DNA from: Klebsormidium nitens
Taxonomy: Eukaryota; Plantae; Klebsormidiophyceae
Assembly: GCA_000708835.1 (NCBI GenBank)
Contig: DF237043.1
Coordinates: 124,001-188,000, forward strand
DNA length: 64,000 bases
Reading direction: 5' to 3'
Position 1 is the stretch's first letter. Each line of letters opens with the position of its first letter. Below, in pieces: positions 1 to 12,000 of the stretch. A model generated the notes under the pieces. The model did not search any database. It was not told the origin of the DNA and saw only the letters and a program-made list of their open reading frames with translations. Both the position numbers and the translations under genes were made by a program.

Positions 1-3000
1 GTGACGAGTTCACCGACGACGATGCGCGCCTGGTCCAGCTGTTCCTGACGCTGTTCCGCAACCTGCTAGCCATCTCCGACCCCTCAGCGCAGCAGACGAC
101 AGCCTCAGGGGGCGCGCACCTTGCCTACATGAAGGTACTTCTTTTGACAATCACGTAGTTGCGACTTACTGTTCTGTGGTTGTCACAAAGATTTTATAGC
201 TGCTAAACCAGCTCCCAACATGCCCCATGACGGTACACACTGTCAATCTGACCTTTCAGCTTACTTGACCAATGTTTTGACCATCTCGAAAGCTCAAGAT
301 GACCAGCGCTTCGACGTAGGTTACAAATCGGCTATAAAACCCTTTTGAAGTCGCTTTTTAGGTGCTTAAGTTCGGGGTTCGTGTCTTCTAGCTTTCCACG
401 CCCATCTTTGCGATCGCATTACTTGCTCCGCCAGTTTTCATCTCATAACGACGGGCCTTCCTTTGCCCTTTACTGTAACGACATAATCTCTGCTCCTATA
501 TGGTACCCGCCCACATATGCGAAGTTTGGCCCTTATACAGCTCTTTGCGAGCACCCTGCCAGGTTGTAGATATAGAGGGAAGCTTCAAAGATAGTCGAAA
601 TTATTTGTCGAAACGACTTTTGGACCAAGTTGGTCGTCTAACTTTTAACTTTCCTTCCTTAATCGAACTTGGCAGGTTGGTCGCAAAGAGCTGTAGCCGG
701 TATCCTGATCAGACGCTCTCCCCACTCGCATCGCAGGAGGAATTGCTGGAGCGCCTGTTCCGGGAGAGCGTCATGGACCTGCTTCTCGCATTGGCGCCCC
801 ACGTGAGCCGCGACGGGCGCAAGGGCCCGCTGCGCAACGACAACCTGCTACTGCTCGAGATCTTCTACTTCACCTTCAAGGACCAGCGCCCGCTGGACCT
901 GCTCACTACGGCGGACGAGAGAGACGCCGGCAAGGTCCGTAGGAATCTGTTTCCATCCTTGATTCAATCCAATATAGCGAGACATAGTAAAGCATGGTCG
1001 AAACGCAGATTTCGCCCGGTGTTGATACCTACCTGAGCCTGGTCACGACGATCTTGAGTTTCATCTCCTTTTCAAGAATCAGCGGCCACTGGTTTGCTCA
1101 CTGTAGCGGACGAGAGAGACGCCGGCAAGGTACGCACGATTCTGAATCCATGTTCTTTCTGGATTAGAAGCAATGCAACCCCCAGGTTGAGAAGCTGGTG
1201 AAGGCAATTTGGGTGTTACTGCTCTAGTGCATTGGTAGGCTCTCTTGCCCTCTCGAATGGCGGGGTACTCAAGAGCAACAACGACTCGTCTCTGGAGCAA
1301 GCAGACAGTTCTGGATCAAGTCCGTTTTGAAGCAATTTGCAGTGATTCAGGAGCATACGACAAGGCTAGAAGAGACATTGGCCGGTAGCTGGTCTTGCAC
1401 GACCTTAAGAGCGCTCGCGGACTGTTTAGGCGGATAGAAGCCATTGAAAGGAACGGGGACATCTCATTCCCTGGCTTGCACCTGTCCGTCTTTTAACTTT
1501 TGGTCCATAATCTCTAGAACTGTCTTTACAAACAGCATCCAACATTCTTCACAAGCATTTCAGCGTGACAGCAAACAGGACGAGAGATGGCCTCTTTCAG
1601 GGTCGAGACGAGATATGGACCTCTTTGGCTCTTTTCGTATGTCTTTGGAGGCTCTCCCATATATCAACCAACGAAAGCATGTATTTATCTTATTTGTTTC
1701 ACTTGTTTTATTCATTTCAATCACTTAATTTTTATTTCTAACATGCGACACAAATTTTACATTGATTCGATGAAACCCATTGTTGCTGTAAAGACACCAT
1801 ACACGTATGATACGACTACTGAAAAGGTTGAGGAAAAAGATTCTATTGTCATTTTTGTTTTGGATGCAAGAAATTTTTGTCTAAACAGTTGGTGCTGCAG
1901 GCGTCCAAGACCGCAAGCGCTGCGGCGCTGGAGATGCAGCAGCTGGTGGAGAAGGAGCAGCGCAAGAGGGCGCAACTGCTCATGAACGGACCGCCGCGGC
2001 ACTCCTTCTTCGCCGGAACGTACACCAGGAAGTGGAAGGTAGGGTGGTCCTTCGTAAAATCGGCATCGTACCAGGTGTCAAATGTTACACGGTCGGATAA
2101 TGCTTCTGCTCTTCAATCTCCCAATGCCATCTACTAGACCTTCTGTTTTCACCTCTGACTACTAGGAAGTGGGAGGTGTGTGGTGCCTCGTCCAACCCTA
2201 AACCCGTCTCCTCGTCAAGTTGTATACACGTTTTTGATCATCTTTGCACCCCTGTCGATGTCAGATCTAAGACGATTTGTTTGCACTTTGGATTCCTTCT
2301 TTCTTTGGATCTTACCCTCTTCAAACCCCTAGAACATGGCCTGTACACGAGCGATGCCGCGTCCTTCTTACTCACCACGGCGGATTCGTCAGCAACCAAC
2401 ATGTCTTCAACTCCTGCGTTTTGCCCGTTGTGAATACGACATTGCTCGAGCCATTTCGTGCGTAACGACTTCAAGTGCGTCTTTGAGGTCATCGCGTGCA
2501 GCCAGGGTCAACCGTGTTTCTGACGTCACCTCGTGTATGAAGGCGCAATTTCCATTGTTCCCACCAATTCTTTTGTGTCCGACTTCGTTCGCCTTGCGTC
2601 CAAAAGCAGCGTCCGGCATAAGAAGTTAGCAAAAATGGACTGGTTCAGCTGATCTAAGTGAAACGCGACGTCATCTCGTGCAGGATGGCGCACCTTCGAT
2701 CGTCCGCACCAACCCGTTCGTGTCCGACTTCGACCGCCTCGCGTCCAAAAGCAGCGTCCGATCCGCCCGTATGAAGCCCGTCGCGGCTCGCGAGGAGATG
2801 GTCCACCTAAACGCCCAAGTCAGGGGGATGCTCAAGGAGCACGCCGACCAGTTCCTTGAAGGGGGGTACAACGGTGAGTGCTTTCTTGCCCAAAGTTGTG
2901 CGAAAGTGCATTGAAACGCCCAAGTCAAGGCGATGCTCAAGGAGCACGCGGATCAGTTTCTCGAAGGGGATACCAACAGGTCAGTGCTTTCGTGCTCCAC

Positions 3001-6000
3001 TTGATTCATTTTTTTGGGAAAAGCTTAAGAAGTATTCCGTCGACTTTGAATGTCGAGAATATGCGGGTGGACTTGGGCGTGGCGTGTGGGTTGGCAGCAG
3101 CTGTACAGGCGCAGCCCGGGAAACTATCTGGGTCCTGCATCGTTCTGTAACGCAATGCGGCATCCGTATGGTACCGCACCACTTCACTGTCTCGTTACGG
3201 GACCTTACTGTCCTGCTGGATAGTATCCCCCGCGCTTGCAAAACGGTTTCCTAGTTCTGGATCATACCAAAAGCCCTTTTGCATACTTGCGACGATGACA
3301 GTTCTCAAGAGCAGGGTATACGCCTTTTCTGCTGATACATTCGATTGACTTAAGCAGCAAACCGACGGAGCACTTTGTGCTTGTGCAGTGCTGATGAAGA
3401 CGGTGAAGGACGACATCCGACGGGAGAGCCCTCGCGCGACGCCCATGGACGCCGTCATGTTCTTCAAGGTCGCGGGCTTCTTCACAGCGTACCAAAAAGA
3501 GCGCCTCCAGGGTGCCAAGGTGAGGGTGCAGATCGGCTCTCCATCGTATCCGTATAACAGGCCATACGTGTTTCTCGATCAGGGTTAGCTCTGGGTAACT
3601 TAAGATCTTGAAATTCTGAGAGCTTAAAGGTCACCAGCTCCGCACCCTAACCCGCCCTGAGCAGCCCCTACTCACCCCACTCGTTCCAAGTTGGCGACTG
3701 TTTTATTCTGAAGCTGTAATTCCTCGACTAAATCAAAAGAACCAACGGTACGAAGTTGTGTAAGGGAAGAGCACTTTCTATAACGTGCCTTGTCGAGCAG
3801 ATTGAGAAAAGACTTCAGCAAGGACGAAGGAGGTCGCTTTGCACTCTTGGACAGTCGCCCACTTCGGCATTTCGCTCCGCGAACTCTGCACCTCGACTAC
3901 CTGAAATTGCAAACGAAAGGCAGGAACTGTGTTAGGAGATCCCGGGGCTCGTCAATATGGACCGCATAAGAATACGCTGTCGTCAAAAGGCTCTCGGCTC
4001 TTTTGTCCTCAACCTCGTTTGCATCTTCATGGTGCTGGGGCTCGTCAGATTTTTCCTGACACGCTGTATCCTGTTGCCCTTGACCGAAGGCTGATCCTTC
4101 GGACCTTTTCTCCAAAATAAAACTGGCGCCCCTCCTTGCAATGCAGTCAGCCAAGGCGGCCGCTCAGCGCGCCGCCAGCAAAAGAACTCCAGAGGAGAGC
4201 GAGAAAGAATTGAAAGCGGCCGATGACGCTTTTGCTATGGCGGTGCGCGGGTGCGGAGAGATCGCAGCGACCATGGATGAGGAGATGTTCAACATGGTGG
4301 TCGCCCGATGGCGCGAGTACGCGGAGACCATCAAGGAGGGCAAGGAGTTCACCGCGCTCGCGGCCGCGGGGGCGCTGCTGAAAGACATGGTGAGGAAACG
4401 GAGCGCGGCTGGAGCTGGGAACTGAGTAACCGCCTACACTCGGGCACCTTGACCTCGCACTCAGGATGTTGCACGGCCAGTCTGCAATTGCTTAGGTGCG
4501 AATTATGCGGAAGTCGACGATATACCGAATTTCCGGCCATTGTGGGAGGTATCAAACCAGCCGTCAAAAACAACATCTTGGGTGCGAAATGAAGGGGCCC
4601 GAGACAGTATGTTGTTTAAGGTTGATTGATTGATGAGGTACTGCCGATATCGTTTTGCGACGCGTATCAAACATTACCAGTGCTTGAACGTGACGTTTGC
4701 CGTGCCTATGCACGGTTTTGACCATCTAATGCGGAGCGAAGTTACAGCTGTAAGCCAACAAGACGATGTTTTTTACCGTGATGTCAAGACTCGTTGGAAT
4801 AGCTGCTGGGGTCCGGTCGGGGTACGCAGCAAGTCACGATTGGATCGATCGGAGCTTTTCGCTTGAAGCGTCGACCTTATTTCGAGCGAGCATCGGTCTC
4901 TCTCTAGAACATGGGGTCAAATCCTTCGCCGCATGAGGAAACTCGTTGGAGGCGTCGACCTTATTTCGAGCGAGCATCGGTCTCTCTCTAGAACATGGGG
5001 TCAAATCCTTCGCCGCATGAGGAAACTCGTTGGAGACCTTGTGATAGAACATTCTGGGGTGTATACTGGTCAGATAAGCTCTGAAGACGAACGGTGACCA
5101 AATAATTTTGCCCGCAGATCCAGAATCTGGACCTGACAAGCGCTCGTGAACTCTCTATGAATCACGCAGATAATGACCTATAACATCCACACAGAGTAAG
5201 AAATGTTCACGAATGCTGACTGGATGCTTTTGCACCGCAGATCCACATCCTGGACCTGATCCTCAAGACCGCGGACGCGCGCACGGAGGCGGGCAAGCGC
5301 GAGCGCAGCGTGGCGCACATCCTACTGCTCAAAGTGTTCTACGACCAGACGGACACCGGCATCCTCAGCTTTCTTGTCCGGCTCATCAAGGCGTACGACA
5401 GCTCCAAGCAGCCCAAAGCGTAAGCCACCCGCGCGCGCACTTCTCTGCAGTTTCTTCTCGATCTCAATTCGAGTTGTTGTTGACGCTACTGCTGACGTAG
5501 TCATGTCCTTCCTCCTCAGTCTCCGTCAGAGCCTGCGACCGCGCAAAGCAGCCGAAAGGCCGAGCCTGCGTGTTCAGGCTCCTGTACAATCATGTTAAGT
5601 GCTGCCTGATTCTTTTCTTTAGTTACCCGTTACCGGACAAATTACCCTATGACTTGATGATTTACCGAACGACGATCAATCTTCTGAGGAGAAGTATTCA
5701 TCTAGGGAACGCTCCATTCAAGCGCAAAAAAAGAAACCCATGGCAATCTTCTGGAGGTACTTTTGGCAGAAGGTTTCCTCCACACAGTCATCAAGCTTTC
5801 TAACGATGAATGTTTGGCCCCCAAGTGTGGAAAGGATGCCGTACGTGCAATGTAAGCTGCCGACAACCGCGACAAACAAAGCACAGGGAGTTTTTGTCAG
5901 GGCAGCCTCCTTGGAGATCTTACTGATTTTCACTATTTATGCGCAGCGACATGGGCACTTTGGTTGAGATGGCGCACACGATCCTGCGCATGCTGGAGGA

Positions 6001-9000
6001 GTACAGCAAGGCCAACGGCGAGATCCGCGTGCTCAAAAAGGTGCGCAAAGTGCGCCGCAGAAAGAAGCTGCCCCCGGTAATGGAGGCCGAGCAACCGGTT
6101 GACGAGACGGAGCGACCGGTTGAGGGTACCGAGCGACCGGAGGATGCAGACGAGTGGCCGGAAGACGGGGACGGGGGTTTAGAAAAGGACGCAGCGATCA
6201 ATGAGGGGAACGCGGAAAGATTGGGAGAAGAGGGAGAGCAAGCGCAGGAAGAAATGCAAGGAGATTTGGGTGAAGCTGAGGGGCCGGTAGGAGAGACCGA
6301 GGGGCTGGAAATCGAGACCGAGCTTGTCGAGAAAGGAGACGGGGAGGTGGAAGGAGAGACTGAACGCCCAGGAGAAGAAACCGAGCGCTTGCCTAACGAG
6401 AAACCAGACCTGAACGGACTGGGAGGTGATACGGAACTCCCACTCGGTGAAGATGCGGAACCAGTGGCCGTGGAAGTGGGACACGGGGCCCCGGCTAAAG
6501 CCTTAAGCGACCCTCTCGCTGAGCATGACCGCCCGGAAAACCCGGAAGAGGGGGAGACGGATCCTGCGACTGGGGCGGCGGCTGAGACGGAAGCGCTGGG
6601 CGACCAGGCGGCAGAGAATGGCACTCAGAGGTCGCCCGAAAGACGCGACGGGCTCGTCGAGTCGGACCGGGAGGATAGTTCCAACCCGGGGCACGGGAAC
6701 AGCTTCGGGCAGCGGCCGGATTCCGCCCCGGAAGAGAGCGGAGTCGTCCGCTTCGACGCGCCGGAAGGCAGTGACGTCATCCGGTTCGACGCCGCCGAGG
6801 AGAGCGGCGTGATCCGCTTCGACGGGCCGGAGAATTCCGGCGAGGTGAGCCAGGCGCGCGCGCGCGCGGCCGCGGCCGCGGGCGAGGTCGCGTCGGCGGG
6901 CTTGCAAGACGAGTACGAAGAGTACGAGGAAGAAGAGGAAGAAGATAACACGCGCGAGGTGGTTTTGGACGCGAAAGCGTGCGCGTTTCTGTTTGCGGAC
7001 AACACGGTGGTGCGAAACCTGGTCTGGATGCTGGAAGGGTACCGGCGCAACTCGGTGCAAGTAAACTACTACATCGGGCGGATGCTGGAACGGATAGCGA
7101 AGGACTGCGAACTGGAGCCGATGCTGTACCAGGTACGTACCGGTTTGAGCTGAGGGATAACGGGTACTGAGAGTATTTTTTGGGGGTCCCTTTAGCCCTA
7201 GAATCATCCCGCTTGGGCTTTACGAGCAGCCGTGATCAGTTACATGGTGAAAGTGCCCTCAACTTCATGTCAGCGGACTTGAATTCCTGTGAAAATGCCT
7301 TATTTCAGGTCAGTGGACTAGCTACTGTGGTGATGTTCAAGGTTGTAGGTAGATGAAGAAAGACCGACAGGTTGATATGGTGCCCATCGTGCTCAAATAT
7401 CAATGGCACTGGATTTACTCAATTGACGAACCAATCTGCTTGTGGGCGCATGGTAACAGGATCAGTCCCTACTACCTATTTGACTTCCATGCTCGCTGGC
7501 CCTGCTGTTGAATTGTACCAATTAAGCCTGACGTCAGCTCTTCCACCCCCGGCTGCAGCTGGCCTTCTTCGGCACCTTCTACAAGGTCGTCTCTGACGTC
7601 AGCTTCTGCCGCGCCAAGGAGAACGCGCTCCTCGCTGACGTCCTCACCCGCACCGTCCGCCATTTCATGGCCACCGCCGCCGAGCAGCCCCTCGTCTTTA
7701 TGGAGGTCAGCATGTTTATGGTCCCACTGCTTTTGTTTCTTGATACGCGTATTCTTCCGCTGCTGTGTTTCATTGCTCCGCTTTTCGGAAACAGCCCGTT
7801 TCTTCTACGTTACAGATTGGTGAAAGTGTGGCTCTTCAATCTCTAGAACTGTGGAGCGAAGAGCCACACTTTCAAACTCAGTAAGTGGGTCTTTTTCGTC
7901 GCGCTGTTTTTTGTTTCTTCCGTGAGCGCTCGTATCTTCTCTTTATTCGGGTTCAAAGTGGAGTGTCTGCTTCGGGGCGGACTTAAATCTAAAGGGACCC
8001 CCGACAGCTTCGCAAGGTGCCCTTAATCTGCAATAGCGCCGAACGGTCTTCTTTTCCAACGTGCATCTGATTGTCCAGCTAAACGTTTCTTTGTGCTCAC
8101 ATGCGCGCGGTTGTCATGCCAATCCCAGTGTTACAAAACTGGGTGTTATCATGGGCAACCTTTCCAGGTTCCTTGATACGTGTCCGTTATGCTGTGTCAA
8201 AACAGGCTCACCCCTCCTCTAGCGTTTCCTGATTCGTAATAGTCAACCAACTAACCAACTCACTAATGACTAATGTATAGTCTTTCGAGTCAACCCCCGA
8301 CCGCAATAAGCTCTGATAAAGCGACACGTCTTTCTCTCGCGCAGTTGCTGTTCTGGAAGACGGCTCGCGAGTGCCACCTCATCTCGCAGCGGTACAAGGA
8401 GGAGCCGAAGCACAAGGGCCGCCGGGGCAACGCGCCAAAAGGGCTGGGCGGTGACGGCGATGGGTAAGCTGCTGACGTCATCTTTCGGAAACATACGTCA
8501 GAGAAGTTGACTTGAAGGACGAGTGGTCCGGGCTGCTGAGATCGTACGCTTGGAAATGACGAAATGCCCCGAGGGCGCCCGTTGCTGAAATGAGGAGGGA
8601 AGGAAAGGCCTTTCTCTCTTTGTTCTACGTTCTGCTTTACGTCAATTATGTAACTTTGAAGGTTGCTGTAAGTAGTCAGCTGAGAGATACTCTTTGGAAG
8701 TTCACTATTGGCGGCAACTTTGGGAGTCTGACGGCAAGTAAGATTCGATTCAGCGAACACGCGAGGAGAGAGGACTGACCTGGCTAATGATCCGAAGACC
8801 AGGGCAAGATCTGGCTTCGGCGAGAAGGCACGGGTGGCTGGTTTGCGGGTGCAGTTAAACACAGAGAGTACGCAGGATCAGGTCATGTAGGATGACAACT
8901 GGTCTATTTTGATGTGGTTCGCCAAAGTAAGCCACTTCTTCCGGCCCTATGACGGGCAGCCCCGTAGAGCCAAACGAGGCGCTACGTGCAACTGTCATGA

Positions 9001-12000
9001 TCGAGCAGTTGGTCGAATCTGAGCCGTCTTTTCAACTGGTGCAGGGCTTGTGGGCCATTCGATGCTGAAGCCGACGAGCAGCTCAAGGAGCTGTTTGAAC
9101 GGTACGTCTCTAGCTCCCGTAACGGCTTCCACAAGCCGAATTCTATACCTCGCTGTGTTGCTATCGGTCGACTGCCCAGGTCGGCATCGGACGATGTTAT
9201 CAAGTATGTCATCTGCATTGCTTATGCCGCCTTCTATAAGCACTTCTGGGGGAGAATTTATTTCAATAACTGTCAAAGCAGGCAACGCTATCCGAGGACG
9301 TGCGCTTTTCCATTTTCGAAGCAAACCCCCCATCTGGCTTATTTCCTTACTGTGAGACCCTGGATCTGTTTGTTTGCGCTTTCGAGCTTGTGAGAGCAAG
9401 AACGGAGGCACAGCGGTCGCTCATCAAGAAGCAAAAGTAGAAATAGCAGCAAGTAGGGAATGCAAATCATCAGATCGAAACGATCCTGCAACAAGAAAGA
9501 ACGAGATCGAAAAGCAAGGAAGTTGGTGTTGCGCGTATCAGAGGCCCCTTGACAGCGTGCACTGTTGCTTCAAGCCAGGTTCAAGCACGAGAGGGGATGA
9601 AAGGACTGATAAGCAAGCCATCAGGATAAAATAAATCCCAGCAAAGGAGGACCGTTTACGAGAAACAAAGAGGCTGCTGCTGGGGTATTCAACGCCCTCT
9701 AAAGTATGAATATCTGTTTTAATCCAGGTTCAAGCACGAGAAGGGCTGCAAGGACCTGATCTACGGGGCCCTAGACGGCGAGTTCCGCAAGTCGCATATT
9801 GCGAAGCGGCTGAAGCAGCTGGGGCTCACCGGGACTAGGGGGCGCAAGCAGGCAGCGTTCACAGAGGAGCAGGACGAGCGGATCAGACAGCTCTTTGACA
9901 AGTGAGCTGCCGATCGATTTACCAGAAGTGAAGTGGTCGCAGGACGTGACTATCTTTTGGACCGTGCAGATCTGCAAAGGTCCTTTTGCTCAATCATGCA
10001 TGATGAGGTCGAGAGATGTTTGACGGTGCTTCTTTTCCCGACTCTATACCTACCTCCTCGCTGGGTATGGTTGGCTTACTCAAATACGGAAAGAGAGCAC
10101 CCTCTGAGAGAGATCGACCGTTTCCAAAGCTGCGAGCCTTCTTTCAGAGCTGCTGTGATGTGGGAATGACCTTCGTCTGTATTGACTCTCACAATCTATT
10201 GTTGTGTGAGGGCGTTGCTGATGTGGGCTTGCTACCAGACCTGCCGCCCGAAGGAGGCCGCCTCATTGGTTGAGAGCGGATTTTGGACAAAGCTCCCCGA
10301 TCTCGTTATGAGGTGTGACTTTGACCATTACTAATTATCTTCTTTTGACCTGGGACTTGATCCTCCTTCTTTTCTTCTCTCATGCCTTCCCTAAAAGCAG
10401 GCTATGACGCCACCACCTTCAAAGGGTTTTCAAAGGGTACTCGGTTTCTAAAGAGAGACTTGATCTCATCAGGCGGAATCCCGAGTTGGGTAATGATGGT
10501 TGCAAGTTCCTGAGAGCTCCCTTCCGCCTCTTTCAGGTACAAGAGCAACCGCAGCTGCGCAGCCCTGATCGCCGGCGACCTCGAAGGCGGCTTCACCAGG
10601 GCGCAGGTCGCCCGCCGTTTGAAGCAGCTGAACCTGAGCCGCCCCAAGAAGGGCGCATTTGATGCCCTCATCGAGACCTCCAGTGACGACAGCTCGGATG
10701 ACGACAGCGAGAGGGAACGAGACAATCTTGAAGAAAATGAGAGGGGGGAGGAAGACATGCCGGACGGCGATGCTGGCGCGCCGCCGACAGAGACGTGGGA
10801 AGCGGACAGAGCGGTTGGGGAAGCGGATCAGAACGAGGTCACACAACGCGTGCATCAGCTGATGAGATACGGTGAGTTGTGCTGGTGAACGGCTTCTGGC
10901 GTTGATCTCTTAAAGCTGATTCTGGTCGTGATTCTGTTTGTTGTTCCTTCTCTTTTTAAGTTTTTTGAGGTCTGTCTTCCAGTGGTAGTCCTGTCGATTT
11001 TCCGTTTTCGACCTCAGGAGGATTAATTCTTCCGCATTAGTGAATCTTGGCCTTCTTTTGCTGTGTGTTGAAAGCCGTTGTAGCTGTCTTGAGGTCCGAT
11101 ATCTGGTAGGACCGGTCCAATGGAAGCTTCAAACTTCTGACTATGTGGCAGACACGGATGACGTCAGCAACGTTCTCTCGAAGATTTGTCGAACGAGGAA
11201 TTGGGTTGTTCGGGAGGTCGTTGAAGGCTGAACCTTTGTCGCTTTTTCTCCATCATCTGAACGGATTCTCTGCCAGATCCTCATTATCCTGTCAGCGGGG
11301 ATCTTACTTACCTCTTGAGACTCTAGCACGGTTCTCGACAGAAGAACCCTACAAATAGCATCCATTTCTTCTGAAGATGCTATTTCTTCTGGAACAGGCA
11401 CTCTGGAAGAGGGCGATGCTATTGAGTGGGTCGTTGCCAAGATCGACACGGTGCTGGCCGACTGGAAGGGGGATCCCTCCAGCGCACCCGCTGCTGACGT
11501 CACTGCAGACGGCGCGGCCCGTCCGTCTGACGCAAAGAAAACCGATGGTGACGTTGGCAAACAGAGCGACGAGCACCCCACCCAGGAAGCTGGTGTTCAG
11601 GAGGAAGGGGGCAAAGAGAGGAAAGCGGCGACGGGGACGAAGAGTGACGTCTTCGCTGACGTGGCTGGCGCTGGAAGTGGGAGCGGGGCGGAAGAAGGGA
11701 CAGGGCAGGGGAATGACGAGTCATTGGAGAGGGGTGCAGATGAGGCGGTTGCGATGGAGGTGGATGGAGGCGAAACTGCGGAGCCGGCAGAAATACACGC
11801 AGAGGCGGCGGGAGAAACGGAGGGTGTTATGCTCGGGGAAGACCTGCCGACCAACGAGGAGGGGGGAGAGAACCCCTTGGAAGCGGACGCTCCTGCAGGC
11901 TCCGGTGTTAATGCACCCGAACAAGGTCAGAACGCTGCAAATGGGGGGGACGAAGCTCCCAAGGAACAGGGGGGGTTTTCAGGTGAAGAAGCCCCCGAAG

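Noticed and set aside
2371-2384. 13/14 match to the TIMELESS exon at 901-915, two introns away
   Set aside because: A match this short at an unconstrained position is expected by chance in a gene of this size.
5920-7207. 234-aa minus-strand ORFs over the large TIMELESS exon
   Set aside because: They are antisense shadows of an acidic low-complexity exon.
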